This document shows positions 1-9,462 of a stretch of DNA of 64,000 bases, piece by piece. Both the position numbers and the translations under genes were made by a program. Positions within the stretch are counted from its first letter, which is position 1. Each line of letters opens with the position of its first letter. Under the pieces are notes generated by a model. The model was not told where the DNA came from, searched no databases, and worked only from the letters and a program-made list of their open reading frames with translations. The stretch covers positions 252,896 to 316,895 of the forward strand of contig CAZTCI010000001.1 in the NCBI GenBank assembly GCA_964612665.1, given 5' to 3'. The DNA comes from an uncultured Planctomycetales bacterium. GTDB taxonomy: Bacteria; Omnitrophota; Gorgyraeia; Zapsychrales; JAHFFX01.

Positions 1-162
1 ACAATTTCGTATCCTTTTTGCTTGGCGTATTCAATTGTTCCGTCGGTAGATTGGCCGTCTAAGATAAGGATTTGATCAAACCATTCATTCTTAATGCGCG
101 GCATGATGGCTTTCATGCCGTCAATTTCATTGAGGGTAGGAATAAGTAGAGTAACCTTCATG
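1..162 (-). CDS. glycosyltransferase family 2 protein (N-terminal fragment, continues beyond window start)
   Basis: Minus-strand ATG at 162..160 gives MKVTLLIPTLNEIDGMKAIMPRIKNEWFDQILILDGQSTDGTIEYAKQKGYEI..., which resembles a GT2 N-terminus. Below the 60-aa track cutoff. Confidence 0.4.
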
Positions 163-279
163 CGAATTGGATCGTCGGTCCTTATAATAGGGAAAAATCC
201 CTCACAATTTGTGAAAATATTATAAGGGCGCGATCCTGCTCTGGCAAAACAATTCGCAACTCTTTTTACATCCGTAGTT

Positions 280-1491
280 TTATCTTACTGATTTATAACC
301 GTTTTCAACACCGCGTTTTGAAAATACAAACTGCCAAAGTTGATTTCGGCGCACACGAAAACTGGCAGCACACATTAATAAATAATACCGCCACATACGA
401 TAAAAATGATCGCCGTACACAAACTTAAACCGTGGCCAAGCCATTTCAAAGTTTCGCCACCACGACATAAGGGTACGGTCATAATCCGCCCCGAAATTTT
501 GCAGATCTTCCAAGACCCAAACACCTTCAGCTGATTCACTAATTTGTTTTAGAGAAGGAATAAACGCATTGGGAAAAATATATTTGTTAAGCCATGGATC
601 AAAACAGCCTTGCGAACGCAACGTGCCGATTGTATGCAGCAGAAAAAGACCTTCATCTTTGAGCAACCGCTTCACTTTATGCATAAAGTGTTTATAGTTT
701 TTACACCCAACATGTTCAAACATGCCGACGGAAACGATATGGTCAAAAGTCCCCTCTGTTTCGGCATAATTCTCATATCTGATTTCAACCGGAAGCCCGG
801 CGCAATTTTCTTTTGAATAGGCTTCTTGTTCTCTTGAAATGGTTATGCCGACGGCGGAAACACCATAATTTTTCGCCGCGTATTTAACCAACGCTCCCCA
901 GCCGCAGCCAATATCTAAAATCTGCTGTCCTGGTTTAAGATGCAATTTGCGGCAGATTAAATCCATTTTCGCTTCTTGGGCTGCCTCAAGTGTCGAGGCG
1001 TTTTTCCAATAACCGCAGCTGTAGACTAACAAATCGCCCAACATGGCGCGGTAAAACTCATTTCCTAAATCATAATGCTGCGCGCCGATATCATACGGGC
1101 GCCAATGCTGGACGTTGGTAAGAGCTCCCACTAATTGTTCCCAGAATATTGACCAGGGTGTTTTTAATTCTGAACGCGGATCATTTTTGAGAAGCGTAGT
1201 TAATAACGTATCAAGCGAGGCGCAATCCCACCATCCCTTAATATAAGATTCACCCAAACCTAAAGAACCTTTGGTCAGCACACGTTTATAAAATCGTTCG
1301 TTGAGAACCTGCAGATCATCGCGTTCCAATCCATTGACCATCACGCCTCGACGAGCCAAAAGATTAGTAACGATCCGTTCATAACCATCAAACCCCAAAA
1401 TTTTTCTTATTAATGTATCTTGAATGGAACCTGAAGAGGTTTGAGCTTCCGCAGCTTTCTCAATATATTTTGATGATGCAATTGATTTCAT
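280..1491 (-). CDS. cfa: cyclopropane-fatty-acyl-phospholipid synthase
   Basis: 403 aa; SAM-binding motif VLDIGCGWGALVKYAAKNYG and overall CFA-synthase/mycolic-acid methyltransferase-like sequence. Confidence 0.85.
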   Translation of the reverse strand: MKSIASSKYIEKAAEAQTSSGSIQDTLIRKILGFDGYERIVTNLLARRGVMVNGLERDDLQVLNERFYKRVLTKGSLGLGESYIKGWWDCASLDTLLTTLLKNDPRSELKTPWSIFWEQLVGALTNVQHWRPYDIGAQHYDLGNEFYRAMLGDLLVYSCGYWKNASTLEAAQEAKMDLICRKLHLKPGQQILDIGCGWGALVKYAAKNYGVSAVGITISREQEAYSKENCAGLPVEIRYENYAETEGTFDHIVSVGMFEHVGCKNYKHFMHKVKRLLKDEGLFLLHTIGTLRSQGCFDPWLNKYIFPNAFIPSLKQISESAEGVWVLEDLQNFGADYDRTLMSWWRNFEMAWPRFKFVYGDHFYRMWRYYLLMCAASFRVRRNQLWQFVFSKRGVENGYKSVR

Positions 1492-1645
1492 AGGATTACC
1501 TCCGCTTTGTTACTTTTCACCGTTTATCAAGAGTATGAAATATGGATTTATAAATTAAAATTCCCCGATTATTATGACGCAATCTAATGCATCAACCTAT
1601 TCGTGTTAATCAGGGAAGTTTTAAGTAAAACTACTTACGAGGGGA

Positions 1646-2254
1646 TCACAAATGTTTTTTCTGGAGAAAATCCTGTTCCTGCGGAGATGAAAGGCGATTT
1701 AAAATCGCGTTGCGGTGAGGGAAACGTCCAAATTGGACAATAATACTTAAATGGCGACGGGCAAATTTCAGATTATATTCAAAATAATGTGCATTATCGG
1801 GATATTTAATTCGTACTTCTTGCGTTAATTTCTCAAAAGATTGAACAGACAAGGACTGCGTCGTTAAATTTTCAGTGTGCATTAAAGGCGTGTACAAAAA
1901 AACGCGATAAATCAATGGCAGAGATTGATCCATTTGATCTTTAATCGTACGTAAACTTAAATCCAAGGCCAGCGCATCGGTCGCATACATTTCCGGCGTG
2001 TCGCGATACATATTTCGGAAAAACTGATCGAACAAAATCACCAAAGCCAGCCGTCCTTGCGCGGAAACTTCCCAATCCTTTAGTTGTCCTTCCTTGGCTT
2101 TTAATAAAACGCCTTCAAATTTTTGTTTGATCTCCTTATCCAGTTCCTCGTCTTGAACAAACCACTTGCTGAAAGGCAAGGCGTTTTTATTAATCGGGGT
2201 TTCGTCGGTCACACCTTCAAACCAAAAATTTAAAATGTCTTCGGAGGTTATCAT
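1646..2254 (-). CDS. DUF924 family protein
   Basis: 202 aa; N-terminal ILNFWFEG... and LALVILFDQFFRN signature typical of the DUF924 family. Confidence 0.65.
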   Translation of the reverse strand: MITSEDILNFWFEGVTDETPINKNALPFSKWFVQDEELDKEIKQKFEGVLLKAKEGQLKDWEVSAQGRLALVILFDQFFRNMYRDTPEMYATDALALDLSLRTIKDQMDQSLPLIYRVFLYTPLMHTENLTTQSLSVQSFEKLTQEVRIKYPDNAHYFEYNLKFARRHLSIIVQFGRFPHRNAILNRLSSPQEQDFLQKKHL

Positions 2255-3013
2255 TTATTCGGTGTTCGAATGGATTGTATTGAGAAGATATTCAGGTCTG
2301 ATATTCTGCAGACTACGGAAAATATTTTTAACAATGTTGGGGTTGTCTTTTTCAAAATCGCGGAGCATCTTTTTAATCAACATGCGGTGCGATGTTTCGT
2401 CGTTGGCGCATTTGGATTGGCCGCCGATGCTTTTAATATTTAACTTTTCGGCCAAGGTAACCATCGTTGCTTCCCGTTCATAGGCGAGAGGCCGGATAAT
2501 AACCACTTTGCCGTCGAACAAAACTTGTTTGGGTTTCATCGCGCCGATTTCACCGCGATAAAATTGATTCAAGAGAATGGTCTCCACAATATCATCCATG
2601 TGATGACCAAAAGCAATTTTCGTGAATCCTTTGTGGTCGGCGAGTTCAAATAAAGCTTTCCGACGGTTACGTGACCACCAAAAGCAGTCAATCTCTTCAA
2701 ACTTTTCACCTTTGAGAAAATCGACTTTCTCAAGCAAGTACGAAAACCCTTCCTTCTCTAAATAATCAATCAGCCCCTGCGGATTAAAGTCGGCAAAATC
2801 AAAGTCGATATGCACGGCAGTAAACTCAAATTTTACTGGCGCCATTTTCTGGCGATGCCGGAGAACATGAAGTAATGAAATGCTGTCTTTGCCGCCGGAG
2901 ACAGCGACCGCAATTTTGTCACCGGCCTGGATCATATCAAAATCGCCAATGGCTTTGCCAGACCGACGGGAAACGGCAACTAGTTCGGGAATATCTGATT
3001 TAGGATTAATCAT
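2255..3013 (-). CDS. ttcA: TtcA-family PP-loop ATPase (tRNA 2-thiocytidine synthase-like)
   Basis: PP-loop SGGKDS; FGHHMDDIVETILLNQFYRGEIGAMKPK and IRPLAYERE and a MLRDFEKDNPNIVKNIF...NIRPEYL C-terminus closely parallel E. coli TtcA. Abuts the upstream gene with no gap (3013/3026). Confidence 0.75.
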   Translation of the reverse strand: MINPKSDIPELVAVSRRSGKAIGDFDMIQAGDKIAVAVSGGKDSISLLHVLRHRQKMAPVKFEFTAVHIDFDFADFNPQGLIDYLEKEGFSYLLEKVDFLKGEKFEEIDCFWWSRNRRKALFELADHKGFTKIAFGHHMDDIVETILLNQFYRGEIGAMKPKQVLFDGKVVIIRPLAYEREATMVTLAEKLNIKSIGGQSKCANDETSHRMLIKKMLRDFEKDNPNIVKNIFRSLQNIRPEYLLNTIHSNTE

Positions 3014-3025
3014 AAAAAAATTTCC

Positions 3026-4948
3026 CTATCCTCTTAACTGCTTCTCCGCATCAATAATATCACGATTAATCCGGTTAATAAGCCGGTGCAAACGCGCCTT
3101 TACATCCAACGAAACATCTGTTTCATTAAGTTCGCGCAAAATTTGAATCGCCATACGAAAATAGCGGACAACTTCTCCTTCGTCAATATCCGTGTAGCGT
3201 AAGATGCGGTCAAAACTTTGTCCGGCGAGCCAGCCTTCCATGGCCGGCGCCAGATGAAAATAACACGGTTTGCTAAGAGAAGTCGCTTCGAATTTACGTT
3301 CAATCCAATGTAAGCCGTGGATAATATCTTTTGTAATGCCTTCCCATTCTTTGGCTGAACCGCTTAAACGTGGTTTAACATCTTTCTTACGCGGTTCAAA
3401 GACAATTGCCACACTTAAAATGCCCAACGCTGTTTCCGGAATATTTTCCAAATATCCCGTCGAATACAATTCGGCAAGCAAAAGTTCATAACCATACATA
3501 TGACTGGCAAAAAAACCTTTGGGGCTTAATTTGTTGGCTTGAATGTGCTGTAGCGTTTTAAGGATATCCACTTTGCTTTTAAGTTGTTCAAGCGCGCGGT
3601 CGCGGCCGTGTTTTTTTTCCTGGTAAAAATGAAACGACGTCGGATAAATATCGTAAAGCTTCTCACCGTACCGGTGATATAAATTAAGGATAGTTGCGTA
3701 GGAAGCATTAAAACGCGAAATGATGCGTTCGGGTTTCGAACTGATGACGCGGTGTAATTGTTCTGGAGAAATAAAATTGGGATTGACCCGGCAGAAGACA
3801 AATCCTTCAGTGTCAATCGACCGCCGGCCGGCGCGGCCCGCCATTTGATAAAAATCCCGGGTCTTAAGCGGCCCGAAGGAATGTCCATAAAATTTACGCA
3901 ATTCATCGAAAACAACGCTGCGCGCTGGCATGTTGATGCCTAACGCAAAAGTTTCCGTCGTAAAAATCACTTTAATTAAACGGCTGGTAAAAAGCCGCTC
4001 CACAATTTCTTTTAATGTCGGCAACATCCCAGCGTGATGATAAGCAATCCCTCGTTCGACAAACGGCCGGAGCATTTGCGCACTATACTCTCCTGCAAGA
4101 TCAAACCGTTGGCATAAGTCTTGATATAGCTGTGAAATCTCTCGCTTTTCATTTGCGTTAAGAAAATCAAAACTTTTTATTTCCTCAGCGAGGAGTTCCG
4201 TGCGCTTGCGGCTGAACACAAAGAAAATGCACGGCAGTTTGTTGTCATCTTTCAAAAACTTAATTAAAAGCGGCGGCTTGTTCGGTTTGACATGTTCTTC
4301 TTGAAACCGCCGGCCGTGCCTCGGCTGAAAGCGAATATATTTATAACCTTCTTTGACCATCAAATTAAAATCATCATAGATCTTTCCCTGACATTGGAAA
4401 AATATATGCAGCGGAACAGGGCGTTTTTTTTCTTCAATCACTTTAATCGGCCGGTGATGAATGGATTCCAGCCAGTCGGCGAGCTGCTGGATATTCGGAA
4501 TGGTTGCCGAAAGTCCGAGTATATTCATATGGTCCGGCAAAAAAATTAGCGACTCTTCCCAGACGCTCCCTCTTTCTTCATCATCCAAAAAATGGATTTC
4601 ATCAAAAATGATCCAGGCGTAATCGGAAAGTGATTGTTTCTCCTCGAGAATCTTATTACGGAAGATTTCGGTTGTCATGATTAAAACCGGCGCTTGCGGA
4701 TTAATCGTGACATCACCGGTTAAGATACCGATTTGATCAGGAAATTGTTCTTGAAAATCGCGGAACTTTTGGTTGGAAAGGGCTTTGATGGGAGCGGTGT
4801 AAATAATCTTCTGGTTCTTCTTAAGACCGTCGAGGATAACGTGTTCAGCAATGACTGTCTTGCCAGCGCCTGTCGGAGCGGCAACAATAACGGAAAATCC
4901 TTGATTGATATAATCAATCGCTTGCTGCTGGAACTGGTCGTAGCGCAT
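3026..4948 (-). CDS. DEAD/DEAH-box helicase, Ski2/Lhr-like
   Basis: 640 aa; Walker A AAPTGAGKT, DEIH box (IFDEIHFLDDEERG), helicase C-terminal motifs (HHAGML..., QMAGRAGRR). Confidence 0.8.
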   Translation of the reverse strand: MRYDQFQQQAIDYINQGFSVIVAAPTGAGKTVIAEHVILDGLKKNQKIIYTAPIKALSNQKFRDFQEQFPDQIGILTGDVTINPQAPVLIMTTEIFRNKILEEKQSLSDYAWIIFDEIHFLDDEERGSVWEESLIFLPDHMNILGLSATIPNIQQLADWLESIHHRPIKVIEEKKRPVPLHIFFQCQGKIYDDFNLMVKEGYKYIRFQPRHGRRFQEEHVKPNKPPLLIKFLKDDNKLPCIFFVFSRKRTELLAEEIKSFDFLNANEKREISQLYQDLCQRFDLAGEYSAQMLRPFVERGIAYHHAGMLPTLKEIVERLFTSRLIKVIFTTETFALGINMPARSVVFDELRKFYGHSFGPLKTRDFYQMAGRAGRRSIDTEGFVFCRVNPNFISPEQLHRVISSKPERIISRFNASYATILNLYHRYGEKLYDIYPTSFHFYQEKKHGRDRALEQLKSKVDILKTLQHIQANKLSPKGFFASHMYGYELLLAELYSTGYLENIPETALGILSVAIVFEPRKKDVKPRLSGSAKEWEGITKDIIHGLHWIERKFEATSLSKPCYFHLAPAMEGWLAGQSFDRILRYTDIDEGEVVRYFRMAIQILRELNETDVSLDVKARLHRLINRINRDIIDAEKQLRG

Positions 4949-5072
4949 GGGAAAGCGTGGGCCGCCTCGCGTTTTTCTTATCGGGCGGCCCGGCGGATTT
5001 ATTCCTTTCTCTAAAATTTAAAAGTAAACAATCGGCTGTCTTCTTTACTGGACAACAATTTTCTTAGTCGTA

Positions 5073-5777
5073 TTATTTTTTGCTTTGAATTAAAAATAGC
5101 GTCGGCCTTTTATGAAATGAAGGTTTAAGGGAACGCCAAGTATGGACTGTTAAAGTTTTTGTATATTGCTCCGGTCCTGTCAAATCCATGGCCGCGCTGA
5201 GATAAGTTTCAGGATGACACGTCGTTATAATTTCTTCAAATAACGTCTGATTGCGGTAAGGTGTTTCCATAAAGATCTGCGTCTGGTTTTCCTGCAACGA
5301 AGTATGTTCAAGACTTTTTATTTTCTTCAATCTTTCATTCTTGTCTTTAGACAAATAACCATGAAACGCAAAGCGCTGGCCGTTAAGCCCCGACGCCATT
5401 AAAGCGAGTATGATTGATGACGGACCAACCAGAGGCACGACCTCAATGCCTTTTGCGTGAGCGAGTAAAACCAAATCTGCCCCTGGATCTGCAACGCACG
5501 GACACCCCGCTTCCGAAAGAACTCCCATATCTTGATCTGGAATTTCATTAAAATACGCTTTAATGTCAGTGGCCGAGGTGTGCTCATTAAGATGTAAAAA
5601 AGAACAATCGGCAATCGGCAAACCTGGAGCAATCCTTTTTAAATGCCGGCGCGCCGAACTTTCTTCTTCGACAAGAAAAATGCGGATATCTTTTAAAATT
5701 TCAGAAAAATAATTAGGTAGGGTCGACCACGCTTGATCGTTGATCGGTGTAGGAATCAGATATAATTTCCTGGGCAT
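5073..5777 (-). CDS. RsmI-like SAM-dependent methyltransferase (tetrapyrrole-methylase fold)
   Basis: N-terminal LYLIPTPI motif and GCPCVADPG motif typical of RsmI/YraL-type TP-methylases. Shorter (234 aa) than canonical RsmI. Overlaps the upstream gene by 65 nt in the track coordinates, so the start is uncertain. Confidence 0.55.
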   Translation of the reverse strand: MPRKLYLIPTPINDQAWSTLPNYFSEILKDIRIFLVEEESSARRHLKRIAPGLPIADCSFLHLNEHTSATDIKAYFNEIPDQDMGVLSEAGCPCVADPGADLVLLAHAKGIEVVPLVGPSSIILALMASGLNGQRFAFHGYLSKDKNERLKKIKSLEHTSLQENQTQIFMETPYRNQTLFEEIITTCHPETYLSAAMDLTGPEQYTKTLTVHTWRSLKPSFHKRPTLFLIQSKK

Positions 5778-6861
5778 GATATTTTTCTAAACGATTGTTC
5801 GCTATAACTGGCGGGGCCATTGTAGTATTTTTTGATGGTCCTGTCCACTGACGAATATACGCAATTACTTTGTTCTTCTTTAAAGTCGCTATAAAGAACC
5901 GCTGGACAAGATGAAATGAATACATCATTTGCTGAAAAGGCACGAGAATAAGACTCGCGATGTTATGAGAATGTTCATGAGGAAAATTTTTATCTCTCAG
6001 ACCTGTGTCAGGGTATTCATCATAATGACGATACTGGGTACCAAAGAGATGATCCCAGAAACTAAACATCGTTCCAAAATTTGTCTGACGGTGGAACGGC
6101 TCAATTGAGTGGTGAACACGGTGAGACTGCGGTGTAACCAGGATGTAACGCAGCGGCCCTAAATTCGTCTTAATATTGCCATGGGAAAACCGGACAAACC
6201 ATTCATGAAAAAGCGCGAAATAAATAATCTGCGGGGTATTGATGGCAAGAATTAGAAGCGGAATGGTTATAAAAGTTTGGCTGACTAAATATTCACAAAT
6301 ATGGTAGCGGGATTCGGTAAATAAATTGAGTTCCCGCTGGGAATGATGCACCGCATGAAAATGCCAGAATAACGGGACCGTATGATTTAATCGGTGCTGT
6401 ATCCACCGGAGAAAATCCACCGTTAATACTCCGATAAGAAAACGGCTCCAATAAGGAAGCTCACTTAACCCATGGATAGTTAAAAAACTAAAATGGTTTT
6501 GATAAATGGCTTTCAACCAAGCGACGTAAGTCACTAAAATAGCGGCTTGCAGGACGGCACTATAGGCAAGCCAAACAATATCCTGGATGAAACTAATTGA
6601 AAGAATTTTTTGGGCAGGTTTAGCCGGGAAAAACCATTCCAGCAAAAGAATAAATACGACCGCAATCCAAAAAACCGGCGTTAAAATTTTGGTTGTCCAT
6701 AAGTCATTCAACGGCCAATAAAATATTTTCTTGCCCCATTGAATGAGAATTTCAGCGCCGTGACTCGAAAGGAAATTACTGCGAGTTATCCAGCCTAAAA
6801 CGGAAAGACTGACAACAATAATAAGGAAGGAAATCCAACGCCATCGTCCAAGGTGTCTCAA
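5713..6861 (-). CDS. fatty acid hydroxylase / sterol desaturase family membrane protein (paralog 1)
   Basis: His-box motifs HRLNHTVPLFWHFHAVHHS and HRVHHS; multi-pass membrane protein with an N-terminal TM extension. Confidence 0.75.
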   Translation of the reverse strand: MRHLGRWRWISFLIIVVSLSVLGWITRSNFLSSHGAEILIQWGKKIFYWPLNDLWTTKILTPVFWIAVVFILLLEWFFPAKPAQKILSISFIQDIVWLAYSAVLQAAILVTYVAWLKAIYQNHFSFLTIHGLSELPYWSRFLIGVLTVDFLRWIQHRLNHTVPLFWHFHAVHHSQRELNLFTESRYHICEYLVSQTFITIPLLILAINTPQIIYFALFHEWFVRFSHGNIKTNLGPLRYILVTPQSHRVHHSIEPFHRQTNFGTMFSFWDHLFGTQYRHYDEYPDTGLRDKNFPHEHSHNIASLILVPFQQMMYSFHLVQRFFIATLKKNKVIAYIRQWTGPSKNTTMAPPVIANNRLEKYHAQEIISDSYTDQRSSVVDPT

Positions 6862-6985
6862 AAGATTCTCTTTTCTATGCTGTACTTCTAAGGTGTCTTA
6901 ATAGATTCTTAACTAAAAAGAGTTAAGCGATATTCATTAAAAAGAAACTACTTTAGTATACTTTTTGAGAGAATTCCTAGCAACT

Positions 6986-8095
6986 TTATTTTTTGCGAGG
7001 GATTGAAGCGTGAGGAATAAAATTCGACAACAAACCACTACTGCGGTGAAGAATCCGGCGGATTACTTCTGTATTTTTGTTAAAGATTTCTTTTTGGGAC
7101 TTAGCGACGTGCCATAACAGCTTTTGATTCAGATAAAACGAGTACAGTAATTGTTTCAACGGCATGATGATAATATTGATTAAACCTTTGGCGTGTTCGT
7201 GAGGAAATTCGTGGTCGGAAACACCCGTATCTGGATAATCTTCGTATCCTCGGTGTTGTGTACCGAATAAATGGTCCCAGATGCTGAACATCGCGCCATA
7301 ATTTTTATGCCAGTGGGCCTTCTCAAGCGAATGATGCACACGATGGGACTGTGGTGTAACCAGAATGTAACGCAGCGGTCCTAGATTTGTTTTAATATTG
7401 CCGTGGGAGAAACGGATAAACCATTCATGGAAAATAGTAAAATAAACAATTTGCGGGGTATTGATGGAAAATATTAAAAGCGGAAAAGTTATAAACGTAT
7501 GGTTGATTAGATATTCAAAGACGTGATACCTTGCTGCGGTAAACAAATTTATTTCCTTTTGCGAATGATGCACCACATGAAAATTCCAAAAAAATGGCAC
7601 CCGATGCGTTATCCAATGCTGTCCCCATTGTAAAAAATCAACAATGAGAATACCGATGAGAAAACGGGACCAATACGGAAGCTGATCCAGCTGGTGGACA
7701 GTTAAAAAGCTAAAATGCGTTTGGTAAACGGCTTTGAGCCAAGCCACGTAGGTCACGACAATGGCGGCTTGTAAAACAGCGCTGTAACAAAGCCAGATCA
7801 TGTCTTGCACAAAACTAACCGAGAAAATCTTTTGGTTGGGTTTGGCTGGTAAAAACCATTCAAAGGAAAGAATAATGACCACAGCTATCCCAAAAACCGG
7901 AGTCAAAATTTTGGTTTTGAGAAGATCATCGAGCGGCCAATAAATAATTTTCTTGCCCCACTGAAGAATTGATCCGGCCAGATGACTGTGTAGTAAATAA
8001 GTGTGGGTAATTCCCCATAATATGGCCAAGCATATAATAAGGAAGATAATCCCAGGCAAACGTCCAAGGTGTCTCACGCGAAGTCCCTTTCCCAA
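6986..8095 (-). CDS. fatty acid hydroxylase / sterol desaturase family membrane protein (paralog 2)
   Basis: Collinear with 5713..6861 at very high identity along the whole length; same His boxes (HRVPFFWNFHVVHHS, HRVHHS). Tandem duplicate. Confidence 0.75.
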   Translation of the reverse strand: MGKGLRVRHLGRLPGIIFLIICLAILWGITHTYLLHSHLAGSILQWGKKIIYWPLDDLLKTKILTPVFGIAVVIILSFEWFLPAKPNQKIFSVSFVQDMIWLCYSAVLQAAIVVTYVAWLKAVYQTHFSFLTVHQLDQLPYWSRFLIGILIVDFLQWGQHWITHRVPFFWNFHVVHHSQKEINLFTAARYHVFEYLINHTFITFPLLIFSINTPQIVYFTIFHEWFIRFSHGNIKTNLGPLRYILVTPQSHRVHHSLEKAHWHKNYGAMFSIWDHLFGTQHRGYEDYPDTGVSDHEFPHEHAKGLINIIIMPLKQLLYSFYLNQKLLWHVAKSQKEIFNKNTEVIRRILHRSSGLLSNFIPHASIPRKK

Positions 8096-8298
8096 GCTGT
8101 CTATTCAAATTGTTTCGGAACGGCTTGAACTTACAAGCAACAATATTAAAAGTATACCTGGGCAAGGGACTGCGCGGCAAAAATTTCTTTTACGAAGGCG
8201 GCGATAAACAGCACGGGCCGGCCCTGACGAAACATTCAGAGGGCCGGCCCGTAGTCTTTTGATTCCCACAGCGCTTTCCGCGCCATTACAGAATTCTT

Positions 8299-9462
8299 TT
8301 ACAACCCAAAAAGCTCATTCGCCTTTTTTAACAATTTAACGCTGTTAACATCCGATAAAAATTCCGTCGCCCCGGCCGCAAAAACACTTTCTTTTTCACC
8401 GCCAAAAATCGTGTTGGAATAAATAATGATCGGAGTCTTTTTTAAAGGCGACATGCCTCTTAGTAAATCAACCAGTTTGGTACCGCTCATTCCTTCAATA
8501 ATGAATTTGGAAAAAACCAGATCCGGATGAAATGATATCGCCTGTTCCAAACATTCGGCAGGCGTTGTTACCATTTTTACCGCATAACCATAATCTTCAA
8601 AAGCGGTTTTCAATTCTTTATAAGCGAGAGGATCGTTTTCCAAAATCAAAATCCGCTTTTTCTGAATGAGTTGGCCATCTTTTTCAATGACCTCATTCAT
8701 AGACTCCGGCTGATTTCCTTTTTCAATCAGCGTCCGCACCCGTTCAAGCAAATCATGCGGCTCAAATGGTTTCACGACGAATTCATTAACATCCATCACG
8801 TCAAAGTAATCTTTCATTTTTCCGCGGGCCGTCAAAACCATCACCGGGATTTCACGGCCAAAATCCGTTTCGCGGATTTTCTTAATGAGCTCTCCGCCGT
8901 TCATGTTTGGCATCAGGACATCCGAAATAATCAGATCAGGTTTTATGTCCTGGGCCAATTTAAAAGCCTCTTGTCCGTCGGCCGCTTCAAAGACTTGATA
9001 ACCGGAAGTTTCAAGTTCAAGCGCGAGCATCTTGCGCATTTCCGGCTCATCTTCAGCAATCAAGATTTTTTTAGGTCTGGAGGCGCCGCCGAATTTATTA
9101 AGCAACATCCTGATTCTTTTGATGAGAAGCCCGCCGTGAAAAGGTTTCGCAATGTAATCATCAGCGCCTAAATCCAAACCTTTCTGCACGTCTTCTTCAA
9201 GGCCTTTGGCCGTCAACATAATGACCGGCATATTTTTGGTTGACTCTTCATTCTTCAAACGCTTCAAAACTTCATATCCATTCAAATCCGGCATCATAAC
9301 ATCCAAAATCGCCAAATCAGGATGGATTTTTTGAATTAATTCGAGCCCAGATTTCCCGTCGAGAGCTGAAAAAACCTTAAACCCTTCTGATTCCAACTCC
9401 AACTTTAGCAGTTGAGTCATCCCGCGTTCATCATCGACCACCACAATATTTTTATGCGACAT
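8299..9462 (-). CDS. response regulator with three tandem receiver domains (third degenerate)
   Basis: Three CheY-like REC modules (...ILDVMMPDLNGYE..., ...ISDVLMPNMNGGE..., ...LVFSKFIIEGMSGTK...). The third has Ser where the phospho-acceptor Asp is expected. Start overlaps the kinase stop by 11 nt. Confidence 0.8.
   Translation of the reverse strand: MSHKNIVVVDDERGMTQLLKLELESEGFKVFSALDGKSGLELIQKIHPDLAILDVMMPDLNGYEVLKRLKNEESTKNMPVIMLTAKGLEEDVQKGLDLGADDYIAKPFHGGLLIKRIRMLLNKFGGASRPKKILIAEDEPEMRKMLALELETSGYQVFEAADGQEAFKLAQDIKPDLIISDVLMPNMNGGELIKKIRETDFGREIPVMVLTARGKMKDYFDVMDVNEFVVKPFEPHDLLERVRTLIEKGNQPESMNEVIEKDGQLIQKKRILILENDPLAYKELKTAFEDYGYAVKMVTTPAECLEQAISFHPDLVFSKFIIEGMSGTKLVDLLRGMSPLKKTPIIIYSNTIFGGEKESVFAAGATEFLSDVNSVKLLKKANELFGL

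Noticed and set aside
610-3491. Antisense and shadow ORFs inside cfa, DUF924, TtcA and the helicase (610..816, 2166..2483, 2880..3146, 3100..3303, 3270..3491 etc.)
   Set aside because: Embedded in or opposite to much longer conserved genes, with no RBS and no family resemblance.
8671-9171. 166-aa plus-strand ORF
   Set aside because: Fully antisense to the conserved triple-receiver response regulator; typical shadow ORF.
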